Below, piece by piece: positions 55,118 to 64,000 of a stretch of DNA of 64,000 nucleotides (within the stretch, counting starts at the first letter, position 1; each line of letters opens with the position of its first letter). Origin of the DNA: Clostridia bacterium (GTDB taxonomy: Bacteria; Bacillota; Clostridia; UBA1212). The notes below the pieces were generated by a model. The model was given only the letters and a program-made list of their open reading frames with translations. It was not told the origin of the DNA and did no database searches. A program made the translations under genes and the position numbers. The DNA is taken from the NCBI GenBank assembly GCA_017461545.1, contig JAFTXP010000014.1, positions 121,006 to 185,005 of the forward strand, in the 5' to 3' direction.

Positions 55118-57103
55118 TCAGTTAACATCCAAATCATCCATATAAAGATGACCGTTCTCTTCAATATAGCGCTTACGTTCCGCAAGCTCGTCACCCAAAA
55201 GCATATTAAAATAATAATCTGTACGCTCTGCATCTTCCGGCATAACCTTTATTAATCGCCGCGTCTCAGGATTCATAGTAGTCTGCCACATCATCTCAGG
55301 TTCATTTTCGCCGAGACCTTTTGAGCGCTGCAATGTATACTTACCTGTCAGCTTCGCAACAATTTCAGCTTTTTCCTTTTCATCATATGCAAAATATGTT
55401 TCATTTTTTGAAGTAATTTCAAAAAGCGGAGATTCGGCAATAAACACCTTGCCGTTTGTAATAAGAGACGGCGCAAGTCTGTAAATCATTGCTAAAATAA
55501 GTGTACGAATCTGAAATCCGTCTACATCGGCATCGGTACATATTATAATTTTATTCCATTTTAGAGAATTCAAATCAAACGCCATTGAATCCTTTGCATG
55601 TTTTGTTTTAATTTCAACACCGCATCCAAGAACTTTCATAAGGTCAGTAATGATTTCACTATCAAAAATCTTTCCTAAATCAGCTTTGAGACAGTTGAGA
55701 ATTTTACCTCTGACAGGCATAATAGCCTGAAACTCTGAGTCCCTGCCGAATTTTACGGAACCGAGAGCAGAATCACCCTCAACTATGTATAACTCACGTC
55801 GTTTTACATCTTTAGTACGGCAATCAACAAACTTCTTCACACGGTTATTTATATCAACATTTCCAGAAAGCTTCTTTTTAATGTTAATTCTTTGCTTTTC
55901 GGCATTCTCACGGCTTCGTTTGTTTATGAGCACCTGCTCCATTATTTTATCGGCTTCAGCTTTGTTTTCGATAAAGTAAATTTCAAGTTTCTTCTTTATA
56001 AACTCAGTAAGAGCAGATTGTATAAATGGATTTGTAATAGCCTTTTTAGTCTGATGTTCATAACTTGTCTTTGTCGATGACGAATTTGTTATAACAATTA
56101 AACTATCCTGTATGTCCACAAATGTTATTTTAGACTCATCTTTTCCGTATTTGCCTGAATTTTTAATATATTTATCTATTTCAGATGTAAAAGCCTGACG
56201 GACAGCCTTCTCAGGAGCTCCGCCGTTTTCCAAAAAACTTGAGTTATGGTAATATTCACAATTAGGATTATGATTATTGAAACAAAAAGCAAATTCTGCT
56301 TTTAATTTATATTCAGGCAAATCAGCTCTGTCACGGCCTTTAGTCTCCATATCATATCTCTTTATGCCTGTAAAAGCCTTTCCGTCGCTGAGCTCTTCCA
56401 TATAATCAACAATACCGTTTTCATAATAGAACTCAAACTTTTCTTTTGACAACTCATCAAATAATACAAATTTTATACCTGAATTTACAACCGCCTGCTT
56501 TTTAAGTAATGTTGTAAAGAACTCCAACGGAACTTTAATCTCTGTAAAAACTTCCAGATCGGGAAGCCAGTGCTGCATTGTACCTGTAAGTTTTGGAGAA
56601 CAAGGCTCTTTGTGTAAACCGCCTACATTGTATCCTTTTTCAAAATGCAGATCGTATTTTGTACCGTTTTTGTACACAGTTACATCCATAAAAGCAGAAG
56701 TATACTGTGTTGCGCAGCAACCGAGTCCGTTCAAACCCAAACTGAATTCATAGTTATCACCGGTTGTATTATTGTCATATTTTCCGCCTGCATATAGTTC
56801 GCAGTAAACAAGTTCCCAGTTGTAACGCTGTTCTTTCTCATTGTAATCGACAGGACAACCACGACCGTAGTCACGTACGGTAATGGAATAATCGGAATGA
56901 CGTGTCACCTCAATAACTTTTCCGTGACCCTCTCTTGCCTCGTCAATAGAGTTTGCAAGTATTTCAACAAAGGTATGCTGACAGCCTTCGATTCCGTCAC
57001 CGCCCAATATAGAAGCAGGGCGAAGTCTGATTCGGTCAGGTCCTTTAAGAGCTTTTATACTTTCATCATCATACTCTTTTTTTATTTTCTTCTTATCACT
57101 CAT
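55118..57103 (-). CDS. Type IIA topoisomerase subunit B (GyrB/ParE-like, divergent)
   Basis: 661 aa. GHKL ATPase (EILANSIDEA, GLNGLG). Toprim EGDSA. PVRGKILN, DADVDGFQI. C-terminal QRSKGLGEN in place of QRYKGLGEM. Confidence 0.75.
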   Translation of the reverse strand: MSDKKKIKKEYDDESIKALKGPDRIRLRPASILGGDGIEGCQHTFVEILANSIDEAREGHGKVIEVTRHSDYSITVRDYGRGCPVDYNEKEQRYNWELVYCELYAGGKYDNNTTGDNYEFSLGLNGLGCCATQYTSAFMDVTVYKNGTKYDLHFEKGYNVGGLHKEPCSPKLTGTMQHWLPDLEVFTEIKVPLEFFTTLLKKQAVVNSGIKFVLFDELSKEKFEFYYENGIVDYMEELSDGKAFTGIKRYDMETKGRDRADLPEYKLKAEFAFCFNNHNPNCEYYHNSSFLENGGAPEKAVRQAFTSEIDKYIKNSGKYGKDESKITFVDIQDSLIVITNSSSTKTSYEHQTKKAITNPFIQSALTEFIKKKLEIYFIENKAEADKIMEQVLINKRSRENAEKQRINIKKKLSGNVDINNRVKKFVDCRTKDVKRRELYIVEGDSALGSVKFGRDSEFQAIMPVRGKILNCLKADLGKIFDSEIITDLMKVLGCGVEIKTKHAKDSMAFDLNSLKWNKIIICTDADVDGFQIRTLILAMIYRLAPSLITNGKVFIAESPLFEITSKNETYFAYDEKEKAEIVAKLTGKYTLQRSKGLGENEPEMMWQTTMNPETRRLIKVMPEDAERTDYYFNMLLGDELAERKRYIEENGHLYMDDLDVN

Positions 57104-57183
57104 TTAATATCAAAAAACTCCTTAGCTTAAAAAAATTTCTGAAAGTATTTTTATATTCCTCCTCAGAAAACTTACACATCTGA

Positions 57184-58221
57184 TTAATCGTTTGTAATAT
57201 CCTTTAATGAATTAGTATATTCATACAAAAATGCATTATTGTCCGCAGTCTTATATCCTAAAATATAAAATGAAACTGACTCGGGTTTAATATTTCTTAT
57301 AGTAGATTGAACAGACTGCACAAATGAACTTCTAATATTTGTTTTACAGGATTTTATTACCCTTTCGTAAGCTAAATCATAAAAATTATCAATATAATAA
57401 CTATTAACGGAATCACCTAAAAGCTGACTTTCCAAAAAGGTCTTTGTAAATTGCTTAACCATCTCTATGCGTTTTATATCGGTTCCGTCATAGTATTGCA
57501 TCATATAACTACTGTATTCATTATCAGATGTCTTATAAAATCTCATCAACTCAACAGCACTCTTTCCGTCAAAAAACTGCTCACCGGAATTTATCGAAAT
57601 ACCCATTTCAACGTTTGAAGCATATACAGGAAAATTAAACAATAAGCCTTTATCAGCTCCTATAAAACCGTTAAACAGATTGCAACAGTCGTTAAAACTA
57701 AAAAACACATAGCTGTCAATAGGAATATTCAACATGTATGATACTATATCTGAAGTTACTTCTCCTTCAAATCTTGAATAAAGCTGACTCATTGTCCCGA
57801 GATTATAGGTCTTATTATAAGACTTAACAGCGGATTCACCATCGTCAGAATTTTCAGACATAATTTTTTTAAGAGTGTCAACATTTAAATAATACTTCAT
57901 ATCTTTCGGGATATATATGAAAGACATAGTATTCAATTCAGCATCGTATTGGCTTACAAACATGATTTCGGAATTCTCAACACCCTCATCACCGATAATC
58001 ACAAGTATGTTTTCTTTTACAAACTCTGTTTCATTTTTGTTTTCAACAGAAATCTGTTCACCATTATAATTCCACGCGGGAACAGCCTCCATTGCAGACG
58101 CAGTTTTGTAATAATCCAACGATAAAACAAAGCCGATGACGGTTATTGACAAAAACATAAAAACAGTAAAAAGAAGTATAGCTCTTCTTAAATTGTCCAT
58201 AACAAAATCTCCCAATATCAT
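57184..58221 (-). CDS. Membrane-anchored LytR-CpsA-Psr (LCP)-like protein
   Basis: N-terminal TM helix, then ILVIIGDEG...SEIMFVSQ...MSFIYIPKDMKYYL, resembling the LCP core. Weak call. Confidence 0.4.
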   Translation of the reverse strand: MILGDFVMDNLRRAILLFTVFMFLSITVIGFVLSLDYYKTASAMEAVPAWNYNGEQISVENKNETEFVKENILVIIGDEGVENSEIMFVSQYDAELNTMSFIYIPKDMKYYLNVDTLKKIMSENSDDGESAVKSYNKTYNLGTMSQLYSRFEGEVTSDIVSYMLNIPIDSYVFFSFNDCCNLFNGFIGADKGLLFNFPVYASNVEMGISINSGEQFFDGKSAVELMRFYKTSDNEYSSYMMQYYDGTDIKRIEMVKQFTKTFLESQLLGDSVNSYYIDNFYDLAYERVIKSCKTNIRSSFVQSVQSTIRNIKPESVSFYILGYKTADNNAFLYEYTNSLKDITND

Positions 58222-58291
58222 TTTATAAAACGGAATAATCCTTTTGTATTATACCACCACATTTTGTGTTTTGTCTATATTTTCCACCCAT

Positions 58292-58323
58292 ATGAACAAA
58301 GCCGGACATTAAAGTCCGGCTTT
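58292..58323 (-). terminator. Intrinsic terminator downstream of valS
   Basis: aaagccggac-attaa-gtccggcttt perfect stem with a T-containing tail on the minus strand. Confidence 0.5.
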
Positions 58324-58356
58324 AAACTTAAATATCTGTAATAAATAACAAAAATC

Positions 58357-61011
58357 TTACATTTTTGCTTTTAATGAATCAATTCTGTTCTTTGTGCTTT
58401 CATACATCGATTCATACTTTTCAAGTTTAGAACGTTCTTCTGCGATGAGCTTTTCCGGGGCTTTAGCCATAAATCCCTGGTTGCTCAATTTACCTCTTAC
58501 TCTTCCGAGTTCCGCCTCTGCTGTTTCAAGTTCTTTTTCAAGACGTGCAAGTTCTTTTTCAAAATCGATAAGCTCCTCTAAAGGAATATATATTTCCGCT
58601 CCGTCAACAACAGATGATGCCGCATCATCAGATATACCGTTACGGTCTGTCTGCATAAGAACATTCGAAGCATAACCTAAACGTTTTATATATTGAGCTG
58701 AGTCCTCGATAAGATTAAAATTCTCTTCCGCTGTAACAAAGATAACCGCAGATTTCTTTGACGGAGGAACATTCATCTGAGCTCGGATGTTTCTCATACT
58801 CTTAATAGACTCGATAATGAAGTTCATCTCATTTTCTGCTTTTACGTTACTTAAGGCTTTGTCATATACCGGCCATTGTGAAATCATTATACTTTCACAG
58901 TCTTTATAAAGATTCTGATATATTTCCTCCGTAATAAAAGGCATAAACGGATGAAGAAGCTTCATACAGTTAACAAGAACTTTATTCAAAACATACTGAG
59001 CCTCAAGTCTTGTTTCACATCCGGAATCAAACAGTCTCGGCTTAACAAGCTCAATATACCAGTCACAATACTGATCCCAAATAAAGTCGTACAACTTCGA
59101 CAAAGCAACACCGAGTTCGTATTTGTTAAGATTTTCGGTAACTTCTTCTATGAGTTTATTCATCGAAGAAAGAATCCACTTATCTTCCACAGTAAACTTA
59201 GAAGAATCAACCTTCGAAAAATCAACTTCGTCATCAAAATTCATAAGAACAAAACGGGTTGCATTCCATATCTTATTTGCAAAATTACGCGCAGCTTCAA
59301 CCTTTGAATCCATAAAACGCTGGTCATTTCCGGGTGAATTACCTGTAATAAGAGAGAATCGGAGTGCATCCGTGCCGTACTTATCGATAATTTCCAACGG
59401 GTCTATTCCGTTTCCGAGAGATTTGGACATTTTACGACCCTGTGAATCTCTTACCAATCCGTGAATAAGTACATGCTTAAACGGGACTTCATTCATCTGC
59501 TCGCAGCCTGAGAATATCATTCTTGCCACCCAGAAGAAAATAATATCATATCCGGTAACCAGCACATCCGTCGGATAGAAATATTCAAGTTCAGGAGTTT
59601 TTTCCGGCCAACCAAGAGTTGAGAACGGCCAAAGCGCAGAACTGAACCATGTATCAAGAGTATCCGGATCCTGCTCAAATTCCGTGCCTCCGCACTTTGA
59701 ACAAACTGACGGCATCTCCGCAGCAACTTCCATCGCACCGCATTTCTGACAATAATATGCAGGGATTCTGTGCCCCCACCAAAGCTGTCTTGAAATACAC
59801 CAATCCTGGATATTTTCCATCCAGTTGTAATAAGTATTTGAGAAACGCTCCGGGATAAACTTAATCTTACCGCTTCTTACCGCTTCGATAGCAGGCTCTG
59901 CAAGAGGCTGCATCTTTACATACCATTGACATGAAACGACAGGTTCTATAACAGTACCGCAGCGCTGACAAGTACCCACGTTATGCTTATAAGGTTCTGT
60001 TTTTACCAAATAGCCCTGCTCTTCAAGATCTTTTACAATCTGTTTTCTCGCTTCGTAGCGATCCAATCCCTCATATTTTCCGCCGTTTTCATTAATAATA
60101 CCGCGGTCATTCATAATTCTGATGACTTCAAGATTGTGTCTTAATCCAACTTTAAAATCGTTCGGATCGTGAGCCGGAGTGATTTTTACCGCGCCGGTAC
60201 CGAAACCGAGCTCAACATAGTCATCGGCGATTACAGGTATCTCTTTTCCTACAAGAGGAAGGATAAGTTTTTTGCCTATAATATCTTTATACTTCTCATC
60301 CTCCGGATTTACCGCAACAGCAGTATCACCGAGCAATGTCTCAGGTCTTGTAGTTGCGATCATTAATGAACCGCTTCCGTCTGCAAGAGGATAATTTATA
60401 TACCAGAAACTGCCATCCATCTCCTTGTACTCAACTTCAATATCAGAAATTGAAGTATTACATTTCGGACACCAGTTTGTAATACGCTCGCCTTTGTATA
60501 TAAGACCTTTCTTATAAAGTCTTAAGAATACCTCGAGTACTGCTTTGGAAAGCCCCTCGTCCATTGTAAAACGCTCCCGTTCCCAGTCACACGAACTTCC
60601 GAGACATTTAAGCTGTTCAACAATACGGTTTCCGTAAACATTCTTCCAAGCCCATGCTCTCTCAAGGAATTTTTCTCTGCCGAGAGCTTCTTTTGTAAGA
60701 CCTTCTTTGGCAAGAGCATCAACAATCTTAGCTTCGGTGGCAATGCTTGCATGGTCAGTACCGGGAAGCCAAAGAGTCGAATAACCCTGCATACGTTTAA
60801 ATCGAATTATCGCATCCTGCAAAGTATTATCAAGAGCATGTCCCATATGGAGCTGTCCCGTAATATTCGGAGGCGGTATAACGATTGTAAACGGTTTTTT
60901 ATTCTCATCAACTTCTGCATGGAAATATCCTTTTTCCATCCAATTAGCATAAATACTTTTCTCAACTTTTGACGGTTCGTAAGTTTTCGCCATATTTTCA
61001 AAAGTTTTCAT
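58357..61011 (-). CDS. valS: Valyl-tRNA synthetase
   Basis: HMGH motif ([14 protein letters not shown]) and KMSKS. C-terminal coiled coil. Start is [13 protein letters not shown]. The track ORF is extended upstream. Confidence 0.9.
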   Translation of the reverse strand: MKTFENMAKTYEPSKVEKSIYANWMEKGYFHAEVDENKKPFTIVIPPPNITGQLHMGHALDNTLQDAIIRFKRMQGYSTLWLPGTDHASIATEAKIVDALAKEGLTKEALGREKFLERAWAWKNVYGNRIVEQLKCLGSSCDWERERFTMDEGLSKAVLEVFLRLYKKGLIYKGERITNWCPKCNTSISDIEVEYKEMDGSFWYINYPLADGSGSLMIATTRPETLLGDTAVAVNPEDEKYKDIIGKKLILPLVGKEIPVIADDYVELGFGTGAVKITPAHDPNDFKVGLRHNLEVIRIMNDRGIINENGGKYEGLDRYEARKQIVKDLEEQGYLVKTEPYKHNVGTCQRCGTVIEPVVSCQWYVKMQPLAEPAIEAVRSGKIKFIPERFSNTYYNWMENIQDWCISRQLWWGHRIPAYYCQKCGAMEVAAEMPSVCSKCGGTEFEQDPDTLDTWFSSALWPFSTLGWPEKTPELEYFYPTDVLVTGYDIIFFWVARMIFSGCEQMNEVPFKHVLIHGLVRDSQGRKMSKSLGNGIDPLEIIDKYGTDALRFSLITGNSPGNDQRFMDSKVEAARNFANKIWNATRFVLMNFDDEVDFSKVDSSKFTVEDKWILSSMNKLIEEVTENLNKYELGVALSKLYDFIWDQYCDWYIELVKPRLFDSGCETRLEAQYVLNKVLVNCMKLLHPFMPFITEEIYQNLYKDCESIMISQWPVYDKALSNVKAENEMNFIIESIKSMRNIRAQMNVPPSKKSAVIFVTAEENFNLIEDSAQYIKRLGYASNVLMQTDRNGISDDAASSVVDGAEIYIPLEELIDFEKELARLEKELETAEAELGRVRGKLSNQGFMAKAPEKLIAEERSKLEKYESMYESTKNRIDSLKAKM

Positions 61012-61098
61012 CAAAATATCATCCTTTACTGTTAATATATAATTCTGGAATCTAAGTAAATCAAGTAAGTCCCAAAAAGACTTGACATAGATTTGATA

Positions 61099-61128
61099 AT
61101 TATACGCCTTAATCAATTCTCTTGTCAA
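61099..61128 (-). promoter_or_regulatory. Sigma-A promoter for valS
   Basis: Minus-strand TTGACA-18 nt-TATAAT. Leader about 80 nt. No T-box elements recognisable. Confidence 0.45.
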
Positions 61129-61192
61129 TCAAATCAGTATACAATATGCGTAAAGCTGTCTTCGAAATAGAAACAAATATACTTTATTAATC

Positions 61193-61225
61193 ACCGTAAA
61201 AAGGCAACGGTTTAACCGTTGCCTT
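61193..61225 (-). terminator. Intrinsic terminator downstream of the dockerin-protein gene
   Basis: aaggcaacgg-ttta-accgttgcctt stem followed by TTTTTAC on the minus strand. Confidence 0.55.
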
Positions 61226-61260
61226 AAAAGTGCATAAAAATAAGATATGTAATCTATATT

Positions 61261-62916
61261 TTAATACATCATAGCAGTATACATTGCAGAAACGTCAGCA
61301 ATATTAACACCTTCTGTGCCGTCAAAATCCGCAGCCAAAATCTGTGTCTCGGTCATTGAAGTATTGCTGCCTATTACGTAATTAATTGTTGTCATTATAT
61401 CAAGAATATTTATATTTCCTGTCGGAACAACATCACCGTATACAACAATTTTATATTCGTTTCCGTCATCTAATTTTAAAATCATATCAGTAGCAACAGC
61501 GCTATACAAAGACGATACAGCCGTATCGCCGGAACTTACTGTAATACTGTTGTATGCACCGTATCTGCTTACAACTCCTGTCTTGGAAAGAGCCTCTGAA
61601 ATGTCTTTTACCTTTGCATTACAATATACTCCGGTAAATATAGAATTCTCAATCGCAGGAGTTCTGGTGTCAGTATAAACAGTTCCAATCAGATTGTATG
61701 AATAACTTGAGTCGGAAGAATTGTAAGTCTCATAATAAACTCTATCATCACGATTTCCCAATCCGATTAAAAACTCTGTATCAGATTCAGAAGAATATAC
61801 AATCGCGGACTCCATTGTCTCAAATGTAAGTCTTGTTATTGTTTTATTTTCCGTAAGATAGTAATAGCTGTCATCAGTCATGCTGAAAGATATTAAAACT
61901 CCGTCTGCTTCAAATACAGTATTTTCGTATGAAGCTGTTGAAACAATATTTGTCAGTCTTTTTACAATAACATCCGGATTTGACGGGGAAACATAATGCC
62001 AATATCCGTCATGATAGAACATTGGTGATACGATATTATTCCAGATTCTTATACGTACTGAGTCAGTTTCCGAAGCAGGAGTTCCTTCGAATATATATGC
62101 AACAGGAGCACTGTGTCCGTACATACTTAAAGATTCATTAATCTCAAGGAAATAAATATGGTTTCTGACTGAACCTAATGTATATGCATCTGTAACAGAT
62201 TGGTCAGCTGTTACATAAAAAGATTCGGTGTCATCCGAATAAACATCAATGTTATACCAATTGCCGTTAAGGTTATACATGTTCCAATAAAGAGACTTTT
62301 CCGCATCAGAAACAACGATACATTCGTTTCCTGTAATTTTTTCTGCCAATAACATATTTAACAGTGCATAACCAAGAGAGTCCGCACATCCGTAAACCAA
62401 TGCGCCATATGCCGTCGAACAAAGCATGTCATCAGTAATTGTCTCTAAAGAGGAAGTCTTATCTACATTATTTGCTATATATTCGTGGATTGCAAGCATC
62501 TGGTCAACCGTATGCATACCTGTAACCGGAATTTCGGAAACAGCCTTCTCTACATGCTCCTCGAATATCTTATCCATATCAGAAGTATCTTCCAGATAGT
62601 ACTCAACCGTATATGAATCAACGTACTGACCGTCTTCACTCAAAGTACATGTACTGTCTGTATAATTTAATTTTACATAGTATAACGAAGGATCTGATAA
62701 TATGACATAATAATAAATCTGCTCTGCATACGATGCAGGAAGTAAATATGCAGAGATATCGATAACTTTTTCTTTGTTCTTCATCGCATCAGATATCGCC
62801 TGCGCCGAATAATTGTATGCATCTTCGTCGGTAAAAGCCTTTGACGGCAAATCCGAGTAATAAAAAGAAACAAGCACAACCAAAGATATAAAAGCAGTAC
62901 ATAGTCTTTTAAACAT
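61261..62916 (-). CDS. Secreted protein with C-terminal dockerin-like module
   Basis: Signal peptide MFKRLCTAFISLVVLVSF. C-terminal duplicated Ca-binding-like segments GDVVPTGNINILDIMTTINYVIG and DFDGTEGVNIADVSAMYTAM. Confidence 0.5.
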   Translation of the reverse strand: MFKRLCTAFISLVVLVSFYYSDLPSKAFTDEDAYNYSAQAISDAMKNKEKVIDISAYLLPASYAEQIYYYVILSDPSLYYVKLNYTDSTCTLSEDGQYVDSYTVEYYLEDTSDMDKIFEEHVEKAVSEIPVTGMHTVDQMLAIHEYIANNVDKTSSLETITDDMLCSTAYGALVYGCADSLGYALLNMLLAEKITGNECIVVSDAEKSLYWNMYNLNGNWYNIDVYSDDTESFYVTADQSVTDAYTLGSVRNHIYFLEINESLSMYGHSAPVAYIFEGTPASETDSVRIRIWNNIVSPMFYHDGYWHYVSPSNPDVIVKRLTNIVSTASYENTVFEADGVLISFSMTDDSYYYLTENKTITRLTFETMESAIVYSSESDTEFLIGLGNRDDRVYYETYNSSDSSYSYNLIGTVYTDTRTPAIENSIFTGVYCNAKVKDISEALSKTGVVSRYGAYNSITVSSGDTAVSSLYSAVATDMILKLDDGNEYKIVVYGDVVPTGNINILDIMTTINYVIGSNTSMTETQILAADFDGTEGVNIADVSAMYTAMMY

Positions 62917-62979
62917 ATTAATTACTCCATTCTTATGATATTATTACATAATGATTATATCATAACAGCCATAAAAAAA

Positions 62980-63801
62980 CTATATTCTATTTTTTCCCTT
63001 GATTTCAACCTGCGGTAACGGCATAGATATTGAATTCTCATTAAAGGCCTTCTTCACATCTTCCTGCAATGTATAATTCGCATCCCAGTAATCTTCTTTG
63101 TTGCACCAGACCCGCAACAGCAGACTGACGGAACTTGGCTCATAAGAAGAAACAGCGGCAAAAGGAAGAACACTGTCTTTAAGTACATATTGATTCTTTG
63201 TCGCAACATCAACCAAAATCTTTTTTACTTCTTCAATCTCCGTATCATAATCAACAGAAAAAAGCATGTCTATTCTTCTTGTTTTATATTTAGAGTTGTT
63301 TATAATCGGGGAATTTGTAATAACACCGTTCGGAATTACAACCGAGCAATTGTCTGACGTAATAAGATTCGTGTAAAAAATATCAATTGAGGAAACGGTT
63401 CCCGACTCGGATCCGACAGTAATATAATCTCCTGTCTGAAAAGGTTTTGTAACCAACAGTATCACACCGCCCGCAAAATTCGACAGACCGCCCTGCAATG
63501 CCAGACCAATAGCAAGTCCCGCAGAGCCCAGAGCTGCAATTATCGAAGAAGTAGGTACACCCAAGATTATGACGACTGTCGCAATCAGGAAAATTTTCAA
63601 AACTATATTTATGCAGCTTGAAAAAAACTGCGCAGCATCATGGTCAATTTTAGAATGAGCCTTACTCTTTTTCCATAATTTCAGACACAGCTTTATCAAC
63701 TTTGAGCCGATGAAAAATACAATCGCCGCAAAAACAATTTTCAGAACTACATTCACAACAACCGGAATAAGCTGATCCAGAACAGTGTTTAAAATATTCA
63801 T
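62980..63801 (-). CDS. mscS: Small-conductance mechanosensitive channel (MscS family)
   Basis: Three N-terminal TM helices followed by an MscS beta-domain (GDYITVGSESGTVSSIDIFYTNLITSDNCSVVIPNG). Confidence 0.75.
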   Translation of the reverse strand: MNILNTVLDQLIPVVVNVVLKIVFAAIVFFIGSKLIKLCLKLWKKSKAHSKIDHDAAQFFSSCINIVLKIFLIATVVIILGVPTSSIIAALGSAGLAIGLALQGGLSNFAGGVILLVTKPFQTGDYITVGSESGTVSSIDIFYTNLITSDNCSVVIPNGVITNSPIINNSKYKTRRIDMLFSVDYDTEIEEVKKILVDVATKNQYVLKDSVLPFAAVSSYEPSSVSLLLRVWCNKEDYWDANYTLQEDVKKAFNENSISMPLPQVEIKGKNRI

Positions 63802-64000
63802 TTAAATAATCTCCTTCATATTTCTGAGAAAACATTTAACATTCCCCGAACTCTCTTCAATATCAATTACACCGTAGCTTCCATTTTGTACAGAGCCTGG
63901 ATTTAATATCACAATTCCTCCGTAGTTTGTACTCATAGGTGAATGTGTATGTCCGAACAACAGAATATCAGCCTCTTTTGACATTGCACGCATCGTTATT
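63802..64000 (-). CDS. Metallophosphoesterase (YfcE/MJ0936-like). Partial: the N-terminus lies beyond the window end.
   Basis: The C-terminal fragment GHTHSPMSTNYGGIVILNPGS is typical of this family. The track ORF is 63802..63993 and the frame continues off the window. Confidence 0.55.
   Translation of the reverse strand, partial: ITMRAMSKEADILLFGHTHSPMSTNYGGIVILNPGSVQNGSYGVIDIEESSGNVKCFLRNMKEII

Overview
This 64-kb window is chromosomal DNA from a low-GC, spore-forming Firmicute (Clostridia). Sporulation genes spoIIGA-sigE-sigG and a dockerin-like secreted protein support that placement. Essentially every credible gene is on the minus strand; the plus-strand ORFs in the track are shadow frames.

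Contents, left to right:

(1) 1-7.1 kb is a conspicuously AT-rich island encoding a phosphonate pathway. Its genes are a LicC-like nucleotidyltransferase fused to an Fe-alcohol dehydrogenase, phosphonopyruvate decarboxylase, PEP mutase, an unknown 219-aa protein, a CDP-alcohol phosphatidyltransferase, a B12-binding radical SAM enzyme and a PlsC-type acyltransferase. This is the best candidate for an undescribed system: a hydroxyalkyl, possibly C-methylated, phosphonate head group transferred to a lipid or glycan.

(2) Housekeeping genes follow: secA, a yfbR-like HD nucleotidase, prfB with its programmed +1 frameshift, rnr, secG, a GH1 beta-glucosidase and a class 3 FBPase.

(3) A hydC-hydB-hydA electron-bifurcating-type [FeFe] hydrogenase operon is flanked by two lipoprotein genes. 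The HydA L1 motif reads TSCSPGW instead of TSCCPxW.

(4) 24.9-39.9 kb is a glycyl-radical-enzyme microcompartment (GRM) locus of the fucose/rhamnose-propanediol type, organised as two transcription units. It encodes the GRE and its activase, PduU and EutP, then a class II aldolase, a DUF336 protein, an aldehyde dehydrogenase, a Zn-ADH, four BMC-H paralogs, PduL, PduN, PduS and PduT. A DeoR regulator and an Fe-ADH follow. Encapsulation-peptide-like helices sit on the ADH, the AldDH, the DUF336 protein and, C-terminally, the aldolase.

(5) The remainder carries a HAD hydrolase, ylmC, sigG, sigE, spoIIGA, gap, a GH3 glycosidase, trmL, rdgB, lepB, queH, rluB-like, mtaB, two small unknown genes, a divergent GyrB/GyrA-like type IIA topoisomerase pair, an LCP-like protein, valS, a dockerin-bearing secreted protein, mscS and a partial metallophosphoesterase.

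Many intrinsic terminators and several sigma-A-type promoters are visible. All coordinates I derived by hand may be off by 1-2 nt.
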